A DNA stretch of 64,000 nt from Eledone cirrhosa (lineage: Eukaryota), in the NCBI GenBank assembly GCA_964016885.1, contig OZ024753.1:43958001-44022000 (forward strand), written 5' to 3'. The notes below the pieces were generated by a model. The model ran no database searches, was not told where the DNA came from, and worked only from the letters and a program-made list of their open reading frames with translations. The position numbers and the translations under genes were made by a program. Positions 1-12,627 of the stretch are shown here, piece by piece. Numbering within the stretch: the stretch's first letter is position 1; each line of letters starts with the position of its first letter.

Positions 1-171
1 CTGTAGAAACGAAGTCAAAATTAGTTCTGATGAACAAAATATGGTCAACTGACCTGGCGTGTCTCACAACAGGACAACTCATCTAACCCATACAGGCATG
101 GAAAAATGGAAGTTAAACGGTGATGATATATATATATTTAATTAGAAAGTGAACAACACAAAATATAACTA

Positions 172-239
172 CTCCATTACCAAAGGTTTCTGGATCACAG
201 ACAATAATAACGTACGCCTGGATCATTCGTCAGACAGAG
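172..239 (-). ncRNA. Type I hammerhead ribozyme motif
   Basis: Minus strand: ctctgt CTGACGA a-tgatccag...ctgtgatc-ca GAAAC c ttt g GTA atggag. Stem I ctctgt/atggag (2 G:U), stem III ACC/GGT, GUA triplet. Lies in an island (~138-375) between TA tracts. Confidence 0.85.
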
Positions 240-423
240 ACGTTATCGATAAAAGATATGAAATGAGATTTAAAATCTGTTAAAATCTGGAAGTGAGGCT
301 GGAAAAACAACTAAAATAATTAAATAGCTCTGTTCTATACATAGAGCACTCTTTTTTCCTTTGGAATTACCTAACATATATATATATATATATATATATA
401 ATTGTTTCTACATATAGAATAAT

Positions 424-825
424 TGTTTCTACTTTAGGCACAAGGTCAGCAACTACCCAATGCATTACTGGTACTTTATTCTATCGACCCCGGAAGGATG
501 AAAGGCAAAGTTAACCTCCCTTTTCAATAATCATTTCTACTTTAGGCACAAGGCCAGCAATTACCCAGTGCATTACTGGTACTTTATTCTATCGACCCCG
601 GAAGGATGAAAAGCAAAGTTAACCTCCCTTTTCAATAATCATTTCTACTTTAGGCACAAGGCCAGCAATTACCCAGTGCATTACTGGTACTTTATTTTAT
701 CGACCCCGTAAGGATGAAAGGCGAAGTCAACCTCGGCGGGATTTGAACTCAGATCGTAAAGGGACGTAACTATGCTGGAAAGCATGGCGTCCGACCCTCT
801 ACCGATACTGCCAATCCACCGCCCC
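424..825 (-). mobile_element. tRNA-derived SINE (Meta-domain type): one full copy plus two tandem 3' halves
   Basis: A box TGGCAGTATCGG, B box GAGTTCAAATCC, central GCCTTTCATCCTTACGGGGTCGATAAAATAAAGTACC. 18-bp TSD ttctacatatagaataat at 406-423 and 826-843. Confidence 0.9.
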
Positions 826-1274
826 TTCTACATATAGAATAATAGTTAAAAAGTATGTTCAGGATATCAGTGACAAAATAACCTATGTAATATATAACCC
901 ATGCTAGTGTGGAGAATGGACGGTAAATGATGATGATGATGTTAACAAAATAAAACTAAGAAGGCTGCTATATTCTCACATATCTTGTGCATAAATGTGA
1001 AGCGTGGAATTTTAACTACAGTTTCGTAACTTTAGAAACAATATTGAAAAGACTAGAATATATTCATAAAATGTTGGATATTATGAGGAAATGTTGCAGT
1101 CATAGAGAGACATAAATAATAATTTATTTTCCATTATCTTCCAATGATTACAGGAAACATATTGTAATATCCTCCCATCTAAACTGCTTTTCTGGAATAA
1201 TTTCTAGCAGAATACATTTGCCATGAAAACATTTGGAAAAAGATGGTTGTATTTTTTGGGATAAAATGACATGC

Positions 1275-1315
<41 letters not shown>

Positions 1316-1336
1316 TCTCTATATATATATATATAT

Positions 1337-1468
1337 AAATATATGATTTCCTGCAAATATAACAGTTCTAGTCCTATAGAAGCCATTTCTAGATTAAATT
1401 TGTTGATCACACTCTACAATGTATTGACTACCTTACCTATTGTGGTTACCCCCGATTGAACCCAAGAA

Positions 1469-1470
<2 letters not shown>
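1337..1470 (+). mobile_element. Decayed hammerhead/PLE-end island (family of 45777)
   Basis: aacagttctagtcctatagaagcc...tgtggttacccccgattgaaccc matches 45802-45874; the ribozyme core is decayed; flanked by microsatellites. Confidence 0.7.
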
Positions 1471-1526
<56 letters not shown>

Positions 1527-2054
1527 GTGTATATATATAAATTGAAACTGGATTAACAGAATGTTAAGATAAATAGATATATGGGTGGATATATAATTAT
1601 GTACAAGTATATGTAGCAATATCTGGAGGTATGAAAGAAGAAAAATGAACTTAAAAAAACAACTGAACTAGCATAGGACCTCATTTGTTCTGAATCCAGT
1701 ACTTGTCATGGGGGAAGAGTCCTCAAATACTCCTTCGAGCTGGGGTCCTTTCAGAAGCAACCATCTCCAACTGATCTACCTGGATAATAAAAACCTACAA
1801 ATAAATTAATTAATCCAACAAAACATGCTAAGGAAGGGAATGTCATAGAGGACAAAGACAAAATGAAAGAATCATTTAATGTAAGTGTGTGAATTCACTG
1901 AAAATTCTATGGAAATGGTAAGAAACCTAAAGGAAACGGGAATAATGTAAGTAGCAGAATAAAAAGCTACACTAACAAAATACACTATGGACATTATCTT
2001 TCTAATATCATTCTTTCTTTTCTCTACCTTGTCTTACATATAGTAACATACCTC

Positions 2055-2358
2055 CTTCTTCTTCTTCTTCTTCTTCTTCTTCTTCTTCTTCTTCTTCTTC
2101 TTTTTCTTTTTCTTTTTCTTTTTCTTTTTCTTTTTCTTTTTCTTTTTCTTTTTCTTCATTTTTCTTTTTTTTTCTTTTTCTTTTTCTTTTTCTTTTTCTT
2201 TTTCTTTTTCTTTTTCTTTTTCTTTTTCTTCTTTTTCTTCTTTTTCTTCTTTTTCTTTTTCTTCTTTTTCTTCTTTTTCTTTAACTTCTTCTTTTACTTC
2301 TTCTTTTACTTCTTCTTTTACTTCTTCTTTTACTTCTTTTTTGCCTTCTTCTTCTTCT
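2055..2358. repeat. Pyrimidine-rich (CTT)n/(CTTTTT)n tract
   Basis: Direct reading. Confidence 0.95.
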
Positions 2359-2584
2359 GGCTAAACTATTAACACAGATGAAACTGAGAATCAATTAATT
2401 TTCTTACACAGAAATCTATTTATCAAAACGTCTGAAATATATTCAGCGAAAGAATGGCTCAGATAACTTCCTACAAGCTTCCGTTTAATCTGGGACAATG
2501 TATTTGTAAAGGAAATTATTTGTACAAAATAACAAATATATATATATGTGTATATACTTACATATATATATATACATATATATC

Positions 2585-2617
<33 letters not shown>

Positions 2618-2676
2618 GCATATAAAAATATGCTTATGTTTATATTTATATATGCATATATATATATATATGCATG

Positions 2677-2712
<36 letters not shown>

Positions 2713-2875
2713 TAAATAATCTACCCCCCGAAGAAAATTTGAAGAAATGATGTATTGTTTCTTTTGTGCTACAATCTCCTGTCTTTCTTTCTCTCATCTC
2801 TTTTTCTCTCCTCTACTTCTTTCTCTTAAAGTGATGAGGAAGGGAAGACAAAGAAAAAGTCAATACTGTCATCAT

Positions 2876-2917
<42 letters not shown>

Positions 2918-3169
2918 CCATTCAGTTTGTATGATTTACTTTGTGTATTCAACTTGCTTTATTGCACAAAAGTAATAAAGTGTAGTTCCCTTTCCTAAAT
3001 GTTACCATTATGGCATAAAGAGAAAAACAAATGCCAAGCCTATCCTAAAAACGTAGCTTCATGATATTACACAATTTCAACCTTTTGTTTGAAACTTTCA
3101 TACAATAATGTTTAATAAAAGAAACACAGGTTTCTACACTGGGTGGACAATAATTTTGCTCTTGTACAC

Positions 3170-3476
3170 ACTGCCACACATTGAGGCTGAAGAACTCAGA
3201 GCTGCACGAGAGCCTCCCAACGGTCAGCTCAAGAGTAGCACAGAGGAAACTGAGGTTAGCTGGACATGCTCACCGACATCCAGAGTTGACACTGTACTCA
3301 GAGCCCCTGCATGGACACACTGGAAGAGGAAGACCGAGGTTAACATATGTTGATGTCCTAAGGACAGACACTGGTCTGTTGGAGACGCAGGACATGGCAG
3401 CGATAATGAGGGACAGAGACCGCTGGAGAGAACTCATCCATGGATCTCAGGAATTTTACCCACCCTAGATAGATAG
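3170..3476 (+). mobile_element. 5'-truncated RTE/RTE-X-like LINE, ORF C-terminus
   Basis: RKLRLAGHAHRH...GRGRPRLTYVDVLRTD...RDRDRWR motif, followed by a short (TAGA)n tail. Confidence 0.85.
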
Positions 3477-3834
3477 AACTGACCCCCACCAAATCCCACT
3501 ATACACACACATCTTAGATATATCACATAATGTTTGATACTTCCCTCATTTATCTCACCTTAATTGATCCCCACACACGTAGAGTATATCATCCAATGTA
3601 TGATTTTTCAATTATTTTCTCTTCCTTTTTTTCTTTCAAAATTTGATAAACATTATTCTAGTCTATGGACTATAGATAACATAGAGAAATAAATTATGGA
3701 GGTCTTGTAAGAGAAGTGAATGAGGAATTAACTTCCACATGTTAATGTTACAGATCACACATGTGTAGATTTAGCTGGCCACCTGTGTTGTATATCATAG
3801 GAGCTTTCTTGGGGGCTTTAATGATAAAGATAGT

Positions 3835-4050
3835 AAGAAACTCTCAGGAGAATTGGACAGCAGAAGGTGTTCAGAGAAGAACCTCTCAGGAAAACTGGAC
3901 AGCAGAAGCTTTTCAGAGAAGAAACTCTCAGAATTGGACAGCAGGTCTTCAGAGAAGAAACTTCCGAGAGAGCTGGACAGCAGAAGGTCTTCAGAGGAAA
4001 AACTCTCAGGAGAGCTGGACAGCAGAAGGTCTTCACTGAAGAAACCCAAC
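3835..4050. repeat. ~39-bp minisatellite, ~5 units
   Basis: Unit aactctcaggagaattggacagcagaaggtcttcagagaag-like. Bracketed by an imperfect ~80-bp direct repeat (3750-3830 and 4102-4180). Confidence 0.85.
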
Positions 4051-4703
4051 TGAAACGAGTGTTTTGGCCCTTAATCTCATACAGATATGTATGTTGTAGT
4101 TACAGATCATACCTGTGTAGGTTTAGCTGGCGTCTAATAATATTGGACCTCATAGGAGCTTTCTTGGGTGTTTTAATTATAGAGGCACCAGTCCTATCAT
4201 TAGTATCTTTACTACTGGACTAATTGTTTTGAAAATTTACAATATTAGAGTAAAGACTTTAATGTTTAATATGAAGCAGTCATAGAACTGTTTTGTACTT
4301 ATCAAAAAATGTCTTGTTAATGCAGTTTCATGCGGTACAGGACAATAAGAGGTTAAAAAATATCAAGGATACATAGATTATCTAAAACAAAATTATCTTA
4401 TGTGTGAAATTAAGATGTATGATCATGGTTAGAATGTCTTTGATCAGAGATCTACCGAAGCAGTGCTAATATGGAGGTATAAATAACTACATGTATATAT
4501 CTTCACCTTTTATATATATATATATATATCATCATCATCATTTATATATATATCTGTGTGTGTGTTTGTGTGTATTTTATATATATATATGTATATAATA
4601 TATATATATATGTATATGTATATCATCATTATCATCATCATCATCATCGTTTAACATCTATCTTCCACGCTAGCATGGATATATATATCATCATCATCAT
4701 CAT

Positions 4704-4755
<52 letters not shown>

Positions 4756-5009
4756 TAGTATATATACATAAATGGGTATATATATATATATACACCACAC
4801 TATATACACAACATCATGTAATATTAGTCTTTCTATTTGAAAGTGTCTCCTCTGAATAATTATTTTTCTAATTTCATAATTTATGATCTCTGATATGCCA
4901 CGAGGTCTATTTCTCAAAGTTTTATTATTACCATAAAAGGAAGAAAATTACTTATTGCTATATAAGAAAGTATTTCATCTAGAAAGACATTAACATAGAC
5001 AGCAAGTGT

Positions 5010-5980
5010 AGATGTGATGGTGGTGGTGGTGGTGGTGAGGGTGGTGGTGGTGGTGGTGGTGGTGGTAGTGATGGTGATGGTGGTGGTGGTAATGATGGTG
5101 GTGAGGGTGGTGGTGGTGGTGGTAGTGGTAATGATGGTGAGGGTGGCGGTGGTAATGATGGTGATGGTGGTGGTGGTGGTGATGGTGGTGAGGGTGGTGG
5201 TGGTGGTAGTGGCAATCATGGTGATGGTGAGGGTGGTGGTGGTAATGATGGTGATGGTGGTGGTGGTGATGGTGGTGAGGGTGGTGGTGGTGGTAGTGGC
5301 AATCATGGTGATGGTGAGGGTGGTGGTGGTAATGATGGTGATGGTGGTGGTGGTGGTGGTAATGGTGGTGGTGGTGAGGGTGGTGGTGGTGGTGGTAGTG
5401 GTAATCATGGTGATGGTGAGGGTGGTGGTGATGATGGTAGTGGTAATGATGGTGATGGTGGTGGTAGTGATGGTGATGGTGGTGGTGCTGGTGGTAGTGG
5501 TAATGATGGTGGTGGTGGTGATGGTGAGGGTGGTGGTAGTGGTAGTGATGGTGATGGTGGTGGTGGTGGTGGTAGTGATAATGATGGTGGTGATGGTGAA
5601 GGTGGTGGTGATGGTGGTGGTAGTGATGGTGAGGGTGGCGGCGGTGGTAATGGTGGTTCTGTTGTAGTGATGGTTAGGGTGGTGATGGTAGTTGAGGGTG
5701 GTGGTTTGGAGTAATGGTGGTAGTAGTGGTTCTGTTGCAGTGACGCTAGATGAGGGTTGTGGTGATGGTAGTGGTAGTGGTGTTTGTGGTGGTATTGGTA
5801 ATGGCGGTGGTGGTGGTATTTGTAATGGCGGTGGTGGTGGTAATGAGTCTGTTGCAGTGATGGTAGATGAGGGTTATGGTAGTGGTAGTAGTGTTAATGG
5901 CAGCGGCGGTGGTGATGATGGTTGTTGTTGGTCATGTTGGTGGTGGTGGTGGTGGTGGTGGTGGTGGTGGTGGCGGTGGT
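5010..5980. repeat. (GGT/GAT)n compound trinucleotide tract
   Basis: Direct reading; source of the poly-V/T/P ORFs. Confidence 0.95.
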
Positions 5981-6240
5981 ATTTGGAAATTTTGTTTTTC
6001 CATCAATATTGGCTGGGAAGTCCTTGGGAGTTGATGTTTATATTAAAGATTTTACACCTGCAAAACATCAATTCTTTCGATTCATATCTATATACAGGGT
6101 TACCTATAAATGTGTGTGACTATCTTTTAATGTATATCAAAATGACATTCTAATCATACATCCGTAATGAGTATGTATGTAGATAAGTGAATTGATTTCC
6201 ATGATTATGTATGTGTATATATATATATATATATAACCAT

Positions 6241-6294
<54 letters not shown>

Positions 6295-6420
6295 TTCCTG
6301 CTCTGTAAAACAACTGATGTTCTTACATTGAGCTATTTCTCTTACTGGTAATAAGGTAGTAGGAAATGACTGACCTTTCCTGTTTATAGTTGTTTATAGT
6401 ATATACATAACTATAAATAG

Positions 6421-6470
<50 letters not shown>

Positions 6471-6473
<3 letters not shown>

Positions 6474-6743
6474 AATTAAAATACTAGAGTGTGTTGGAGT
6501 TAAACACCCTCTTCATATTATAGAAATGATAGTATAGGATATAGCTCAATGTAATTAAACACAGCCGAAGAATTATAAAAAATAAACCAAAGAAGCCTTC
6601 AATACATCAAAAGTCTTGGCTTGTATTGGCCGATAATGCTTCTTGTAGCTTTACTTGCCCTGATGAGTCCTTAATAGGACGAAACATTGTTGGCTAATAA
6701 AGACTTTTGATGTATTGAAGGCTTCTTTGGTTTATTTTTTATA
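6471..6743. mobile_element. Fold-back PLE-end/retrozyme-like island in (TA)n
   Basis: 44-bp perfect inverted repeat (6574-6617 and 6700-6743) enclosing a hammerhead; TA tracts on both sides. Confidence 0.8.
6651..6700 (+). ncRNA. Type I hammerhead ribozyme, canonical core
   Basis: gcc CTGATGA GTCC ttaata GGAC GAAAC att GTT ggc; AATAAA at 6696-6701. Confidence 0.92.
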
Positions 6744-6835
6744 TATATATATATATGTATATATATAACATCATCATCATTTTTACGTCCGCTTTTCCAT
6801 ACTTGCATAGGTTGGACTAATATATATATATATAT

Positions 6836-7460
6836 CATATATTGAGTTAGAAACTCAAAATAGTCTTTTACAATTAAATAACTCAAGGAAGGGTATCTAA
6901 CCGAGTCGTGTAATACAATTGAATATATGAGAGGGATGAGCACCGATACAAGTATACATGTGTTCGAATTGCAAATGACCAAGTTAGCTAGGTTGAAAGA
7001 ATACTAATTTAAAACAATATGGTTTGGAAGGGCATCCAGCTGTAGAAAACCCGCCAGACAGTCCACGCTGTAATGTGGCCGTGTAGGCAACACGGTAAAA
7101 ACCTCCCAGCCCCACACTGTAAATGTAGTTGGTGTTAGGAAGGGCATCCAACTGTAGAAAACCCGCCAGACAGTCCTATGCGAGCAAGACAACCACTCTT
7201 GCCTCAAGTGGGAAAACCCCCGTCCAAACCCATGCAAGCGTGGAACACGGACGCTAAACCTGATGATGATGATGATGATGATGGTTTGCCTGTCTCGATT
7301 TAAAGTAATAAATCAATAAAAATAACAAACCTGTATCGGGCAACTGCCTTTGATACCCGGACAGATCTAAATCTGTTTCGCAAGAATTAACTTGGTCATT
7401 TGCAATTCAAACACATGTATACTTGTATAACGTGTTCATTCCTCTCATATATCAATTGTG
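6836..7460. mobile_element. Older fold-back island interrupted by a retroposon tail
   Basis: Imperfect ~70-bp inverted repeat (6916-6986 and 7388-7458), TA-flanked. Hairpin acagat-ctaa-atctgt at 7361-7376 may be a decayed stem II. Confidence 0.65.
7027..7280 (+). mobile_element. RTE/SINE 3' tail insertion
   Basis: gaagggcatccagctgtagaaa...ggacgctaaac(gat)n; TSD atggtttg at 7019-7026 and 7281-7288. Confidence 0.85.
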
Positions 7461-7471
7461 TGTATATATAT

Positions 7472-7688
7472 ATATTTATTAAAATAACAGATTAAAGTTT
7501 AAGCAAAGAATCGCTGCTTTCACCCTTTACGGGATCTTCTGAAACCGTTAAGGGTGAAAGCAGCGATTCTTTGCTTAAACTTTAATCTGTTATTTTAATA
7601 AATATTTGCTCTACGGTTCTTATATATTTGATATAGATTTATCCTTATCGAACCCTCTTTGGATTTTAGTCTTCAAATTTATTATTAT

Positions 7689-7692
<4 letters not shown>
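7472..7692. mobile_element. Fold-back island of the CAGAAGA hammerhead family
   Basis: 60-bp inverted repeat (7472-7531 and 7546-7605); tail shared with 38674-38882, 21361-21450 and 51268-51380. Confidence 0.85.
7495..7545 (-). ncRNA. Hammerhead motif, variant core CAGAAGA
   Basis: gttt CAGAAGA t CCC gtaaa GGG t GAAAGCA gcgattctt TGCT T aaac. Confidence 0.7.
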
Positions 7693-7740
<48 letters not shown>

Positions 7741-7825
7741 GAACCCATGTAAGCGTGAATAATACCTAACACCTTTCGTAACTGTACTCCTTGTTGTTGT
7801 TGTTTACTTTTCCAATATATAAATA

Positions 7826-7879
<54 letters not shown>

Positions 7880-7882
<3 letters not shown>

Positions 7883-8475
7883 GTGTAATAGTAATATACG
7901 CGAACGACAAAGCATAAATGAATTGAGAGAGAGACTGAGCATAAGAGGAATCAAATGCTGTGTGCAGGAGAGGCGGTTGCGTTGGTATGGACATGTGATG
8001 CGTATGAAGGATGACAGGTGCATAAAAAGGTGCAGAGCACTAGAAGTCGATGGAAACCGCGGAGTGGGGAGACCCAAGATGACCTGGGATGAGGTGATAA
8101 AAGCCGACCTTACCCAATTACACCTCTGGCGTCACGCAGTAATACAGAGTACCCGACCTCCCATGGGTACAAGCTGAAGCATATAGACAATATGGCCCCA
8201 CACACCCCACCGCAAGGTGGTCGTGGAGGTGCCACGGCAAAAAAAGCACCCAGCCCACACTGTAAAGTGGACGTGTAGGCGCCACGGAAAAAGCACCCAG
8301 CACTCACTGTAAATGAGGTTGGTGTTAGGAAGGGCATCCAGCTGTAGAAATCAAGCCAGAATCAGTTCCTGTATGAGCAAGGCATGGTCAGCCGACCAGA
8401 CACTGCCCACAACAGGACAACCCGTCTAACCCATGCTAGCGTGGAAGAACGGACGTAAAACGGTGATGATGATGA
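7880..8475 (+). mobile_element. 5'-truncated RTE LINE (ORF C-terminus + 3'UTR + (GAT)n)
   Basis: ERRLRWYGHVMRMKDDR...GRPKMTWDEVIKADL; 3'UTR shared with the CORE-type SINE. Confidence 0.9.
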
Positions 8476-9241
8476 TATATAAGAAAAGAGTCAGGATCCC
8501 AACGGCTGAGATCCGGCCATTTCGACAGCTAGATAATATGTATATATGTATTTATGTAGTTGACGGATGGGAGAAAACGGTACTCAATACCGAAGTAAAG
8601 TTTAAATATTCATTTTATTAAGGCTTACTCAAGGACACAACATACGGCACTGTCCAGAAATCAAACTTACAACCTCACAATTGTAAACCCAACATTCCAA
8701 ACACTGAGTCATACACCTATATAAAGCCACATTTTCAATTGAAAACAGAACTCCCCTACCCCCACTTCAACCCAGTGCTTCCCATTAATTTTTCGAGTTC
8801 TTCCATCCATCCATCCATCTTTCTTTCTTTATCAAACCTAGCAACTTAGAATAAACAGAAAATGAATATTAAAGCCACTAAAAATAGGTGTAAAGACAGA
8901 ATACAATGAGAGTAAGGTGTTGAAAATATTTAGCCTGAATATCAGTGAAAGATCAGAGAAATAAATGTACTCTCTTTATTATAGTTGAGGTTATGTTAAA
9001 AGAAAATTAAAGGGTCAGAACTGTAGCAATTCTATAAAGTAAGGGTTATGTAACCTGAGTAGAAAGAGTTAATATTAATAATATTAACAAAAGGTTATGA
9101 CTCATATTTTGGCTGTGGAATGTTATAACATTATAGATTGTATAGGGAGGAAAGGATCGTTATAATATCTTAAGGAAGAAATTCTTAGATAGAAAAAAAT
9201 ATCAAAAATATCTGTTAACTAAAAGCTGGAAATGCTTGGAT

Positions 9242-9283
<42 letters not shown>

Positions 9284-9329
9284 CATGCTAGCGTGGAAGA
9301 TGGACGTTAAACGAAGATGATGATGATGT

Positions 9330-9619
9330 CATCATCATCATTTTACGTTCGCTTTTTCCTGCTTGCAAGGGTTGGACGGATCCTATTCAGCACAGCATCT
9401 CTCCATTTATCAAGATTCTTCATCATCTCCTCCGTGAGCTTCAGCAATCTGAGGTCTGCTCTCACCACCTCCGCCCATGTTTTTCATGGTCTACCTTTAC
9501 TGCGTCTTCCTTCTACTGGGATTTCTTGGCACTTCTTTACATCCTCCATGCACATCACATGTCCATACCATCGCAGTCTTCTCTCCTGCACGCTACAGCT
9601 TATCCCCCTTATACCCAGT
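9330..9619 (-). mobile_element. 5'-truncated RTE LINE
   Basis: Minus strand encodes VQERRLRWYGHVM...GRP-KTWAEVVRADL; (GAT)n tail. A shorter copy lies at 40400-40508. Confidence 0.88.
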
Positions 9620-10019
9620 GATGATGATAGTTCTCTGACAATGCTATGTACCGATCAAATTTTCAAAACCTGAATTTCTGATAAATTATAATCTTTCTAT
9701 TGTTTTAACATCAAAACATTTGTGCAAATTGGATTATTTGAGTGAATGGCCATAAGTTTTCAATGTGAACAAAAAAAAAATTCCTTTATTTTTGTTTTGA
9801 TTTGTTTTTAAGCAGTTCTCCGTGGTTGCTTCCAATATTTCATAACTCTCATAAAACTCCCATTTAGCCAGATTTTAAAAAGAATTCAATACCATTTTAT
9901 TTAGGGTTTTCATATCAAGCAACTGTCTGCCCTTTGGTAACTCTTTGAAACAAATATATTGATCTTCAGTTCCATTTGACATAATAATAATAAATAGATA
10001 AAGGAAGGAATAAAATAAA

Positions 10020-11350
10020 GGTGGTGGTGGGGGGAGGGTGAAGGTGGTGGGGATTGTGGTGGTAATGGTGGTGGTGGGGAGGTATGGGTGGAGGAGTGAA
10101 CGTAGTAATAATGGTGGTGGCAGCAGTGGTGGAGGTGGTGGTGGGGTTTGTTGTGGTGGTGGAGTGGTGGGTTGTAGTGATGTTGGTGCTGGCAGTGGTA
10201 GTGTTGGTGGTGGTGATTGTTGTAGTGGTGGTGTTGTGAAAAAAAGGGGGGGGAGCTTGGTGGAGGTTTGGGGAGTGTGGGGAGGAGTTGAAGCAGTAAA
10301 ACCTCATATTGATATGTGGTTCAGGACTGAGAAAGTTCACAAAATCTATAAACCAGATTTCACATCAATCCCATCTTCACAGCCACCCATGAACATCACA
10401 AATACCACCACCACCACCACCTCTATCACTACTACCACCACCACACCACCACTATCACTACTACCACCACCACCACTGCCACCACCACCATTATTACCAT
10501 TATCACTCGCACCACCACCACCACCACCACCACCACCACCACTACCACCACCACCATTATTACCATTATCACCCCTACCACCACCACCACCACTACCACC
10601 ACCACCACCACTACCACCACCACCATTATTACCATTATCACCCCTACCACCACCACCACCACTACCACCACCACCATTATTACCATTATCACTACTACCA
10701 CCACCACCACACCACCACCACTGCCACCACCACCATTATTACCATTATCACTCGTACCACCACCACCACCACCACCACCACTACCACCACCACCATTATT
10801 ACCATTATCACCCCTACCACCACCACCACCACTACCACCACCACCACCACTACCACCACCACCATTATTACCATTATCACTACTACCACCACCACCACAC
10901 CACCACTATCACTACTACCACCACCACCACTGCCACCACCACCATTATTACCATTATCACTCGTACCACCACCACCACCACTACCACCACCACCATTATT
11001 ACCATTATCACTACTACCACCACCACCACACCACCACTATCACTACTACCACCACCACCACTGCCACCACCACCATTATTACCATTATCACTCGTACCAC
11101 CACCACCACCACCACCACCACTACCACCACCATTATTACCATTATCACCCCTACCACCACCACCACCACCACTATCATCAACACCACCACCACCACTACC
11201 ACCACCATCACCACCACTAGCACCATCACCACCACCACCACCACCACAAACACCACCACCCACGAACATCACAAATATCACCACCACCACTATCACCACC
11301 ACTACCATCTCCACAAACATCACCACCACCACCACCACCATCACTATTAC
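10020..11350. repeat. (GGT)n tract followed by a long (ACC)n tract with higher-order units
   Basis: Recurrent ccattattaccattatca punctuation; explains the 447-aa poly-P/H/T ORF. Confidence 0.95.
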
Positions 11351-11890
11351 CAAACAGAGTTCTTTGTGTTTCTGTCTTTAATGTAATGTTCTAGTAACAG
11401 AAAGAAAAGATAGATTAATGATCATCATAAAAATGAAATTGATTGTCAAGTTTATCGCGGTAATGACTATTCCAAATGTTCTAATTAATGGTACAGAAAG
11501 GTGTTCACTGAGCAGAATCAAAACTTTCACTTTTCATAAAAGACTTTTGACAAATATCTGCGCCACATTTCATATGTTTGGTGATTTAAAAAAAACAGAA
11601 ATTGTTTAAAGTGAAGTGAAGGCAGCTTTATATTATGTTTTAGTGGTTAGCGTGTTCAGCTTGTGAACATAAAGTAATGAGTTTGATTCTTAGAGCAGGC
11701 AATGCATTGTATCCTTGAGCAAGACATTTTATTTTATGTTGCTTCAGTTCAGTCAGCTGGAAAAAAATAGTTGTACATGCACGTCAGTACTCATATTTTT
11801 CCATTTCTTAGAGGTTTCTAAACCCCACTATCAAGCTAAAATTTCTTTTGTAAAATAACACTGCAAAAGCTTCTATTTCTAATATATACA

Positions 11891-11970
11891 TATATGTATG
11901 TAAAAGGTAAGCAGAAATAACAACACAACCGACTGTGTTGTTATTTCTGTTAACCTTTTACATACATATA
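11891..11970. mobile_element. Palindrome made of the 3' tail of the 39020 hammerhead family
   Basis: tatgtatgtaaaaggtaagcagaaataacaacaca / tgtgttgttatttctgttaaccttttacatacata; matches 39115-39145. Confidence 0.75.
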
Positions 11971-11991
11971 TACATATATACATATATATAT

Positions 11992-12307
11992 GGAGGCACA
12001 TGGCTTAGTGGTTAGAGCATTGGGCTTGCAATCGAAAGGTTGTGAGTTCAATTCTCAGACCGGCTGATGTGTTGTTTCCTTGAGCAAGACACTTTATTTC
12101 ACATTGCTCCAGTTTACTCAGCTGTAGAAATGAGATGATAGGGACTGGGGTCCCTATCATCCCACTGCAAAGTGGTCGTGGAGGTGCCACGGCAAAAAAG
12201 CACCCAGCACTCACTGTAAATGAGGTTGGTGTTAGGAAATCAAGCCAGAATCAGTTCCCGTCCCACCCTTGCAAGCAGGGAAAAGCGGACGTAAAATGAA
12301 ATGATGA

Positions 12308-12310
<3 letters not shown>
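11992..12310 (+). mobile_element. tRNA-derived CORE-type SINE with RTE tail
   Basis: A box TGGCTTAGTGG, B box GAGTTCAATTC, CCTTGAGCAAGACACTTTATTTCAC core, (GAT)n tail. Confidence 0.9.
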
Positions 12311-12343
<33 letters not shown>

Positions 12344-12436
12344 GTAGAACACTAGAGGGTTATATCCGTAGTAGTGGAGCACTCAGTCCATGGGATGAGT
12401 TTGGTAGTAGTTCAACAACAGTTAATTCACCATACC

Positions 12437-12473
12437 GAGAACAAATGTTTCACTTTATGTGGATCTTCAGCTC
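12437..12473 (-). ncRNA. Hammerhead motif in fold-back island 12341-12525
   Basis: gag CTGAAGA tccacataaagt GAAAC attt GTT ctc (stem II weakened); inverted repeat 12407-12452 and 12476-12522. Confidence 0.75.
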
Positions 12474-12584
12474 AGGTGAAACATTTGTTCTCGGGATGGT
12501 GAACTAAATGTCGTGGAACTACTTCTATATATATAAATAAAATAAAAATCAAGTATACAATACAACAGGAGGAAACATAATGGT

Positions 12585-12627
12585 ACCACTGATGATGTTG
12601 CAGATGTGCAACGAAAGAACTTTGATA
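12585..12627 (+). ncRNA. Hammerhead motif
   Basis: acca CTGATGA t GTTGCA gatg TGCAAC GAAAG aa CTT tgat; island 12535-12815 ends in atgaccctccccaagtataacaa like 31708-31730. Confidence 0.82.

Noticed and set aside
27-45. CTGATGA at window start
   Set aside because: Lies within an RTE/SINE tail with no stem II or GAAA.
10038-11381. 447-aa Pro/His/Thr ORF, and all similar poly-V/T/H/YI ORFs
   Set aside because: Trinucleotide and dinucleotide microsatellites stay open in several frames on both strands; no domain or splice context.
11992-12062. tRNA genes (A/B boxes at SINE heads)
   Set aside because: They continue into SINE core and tail, with no complete cloverleaf or acceptor stem.
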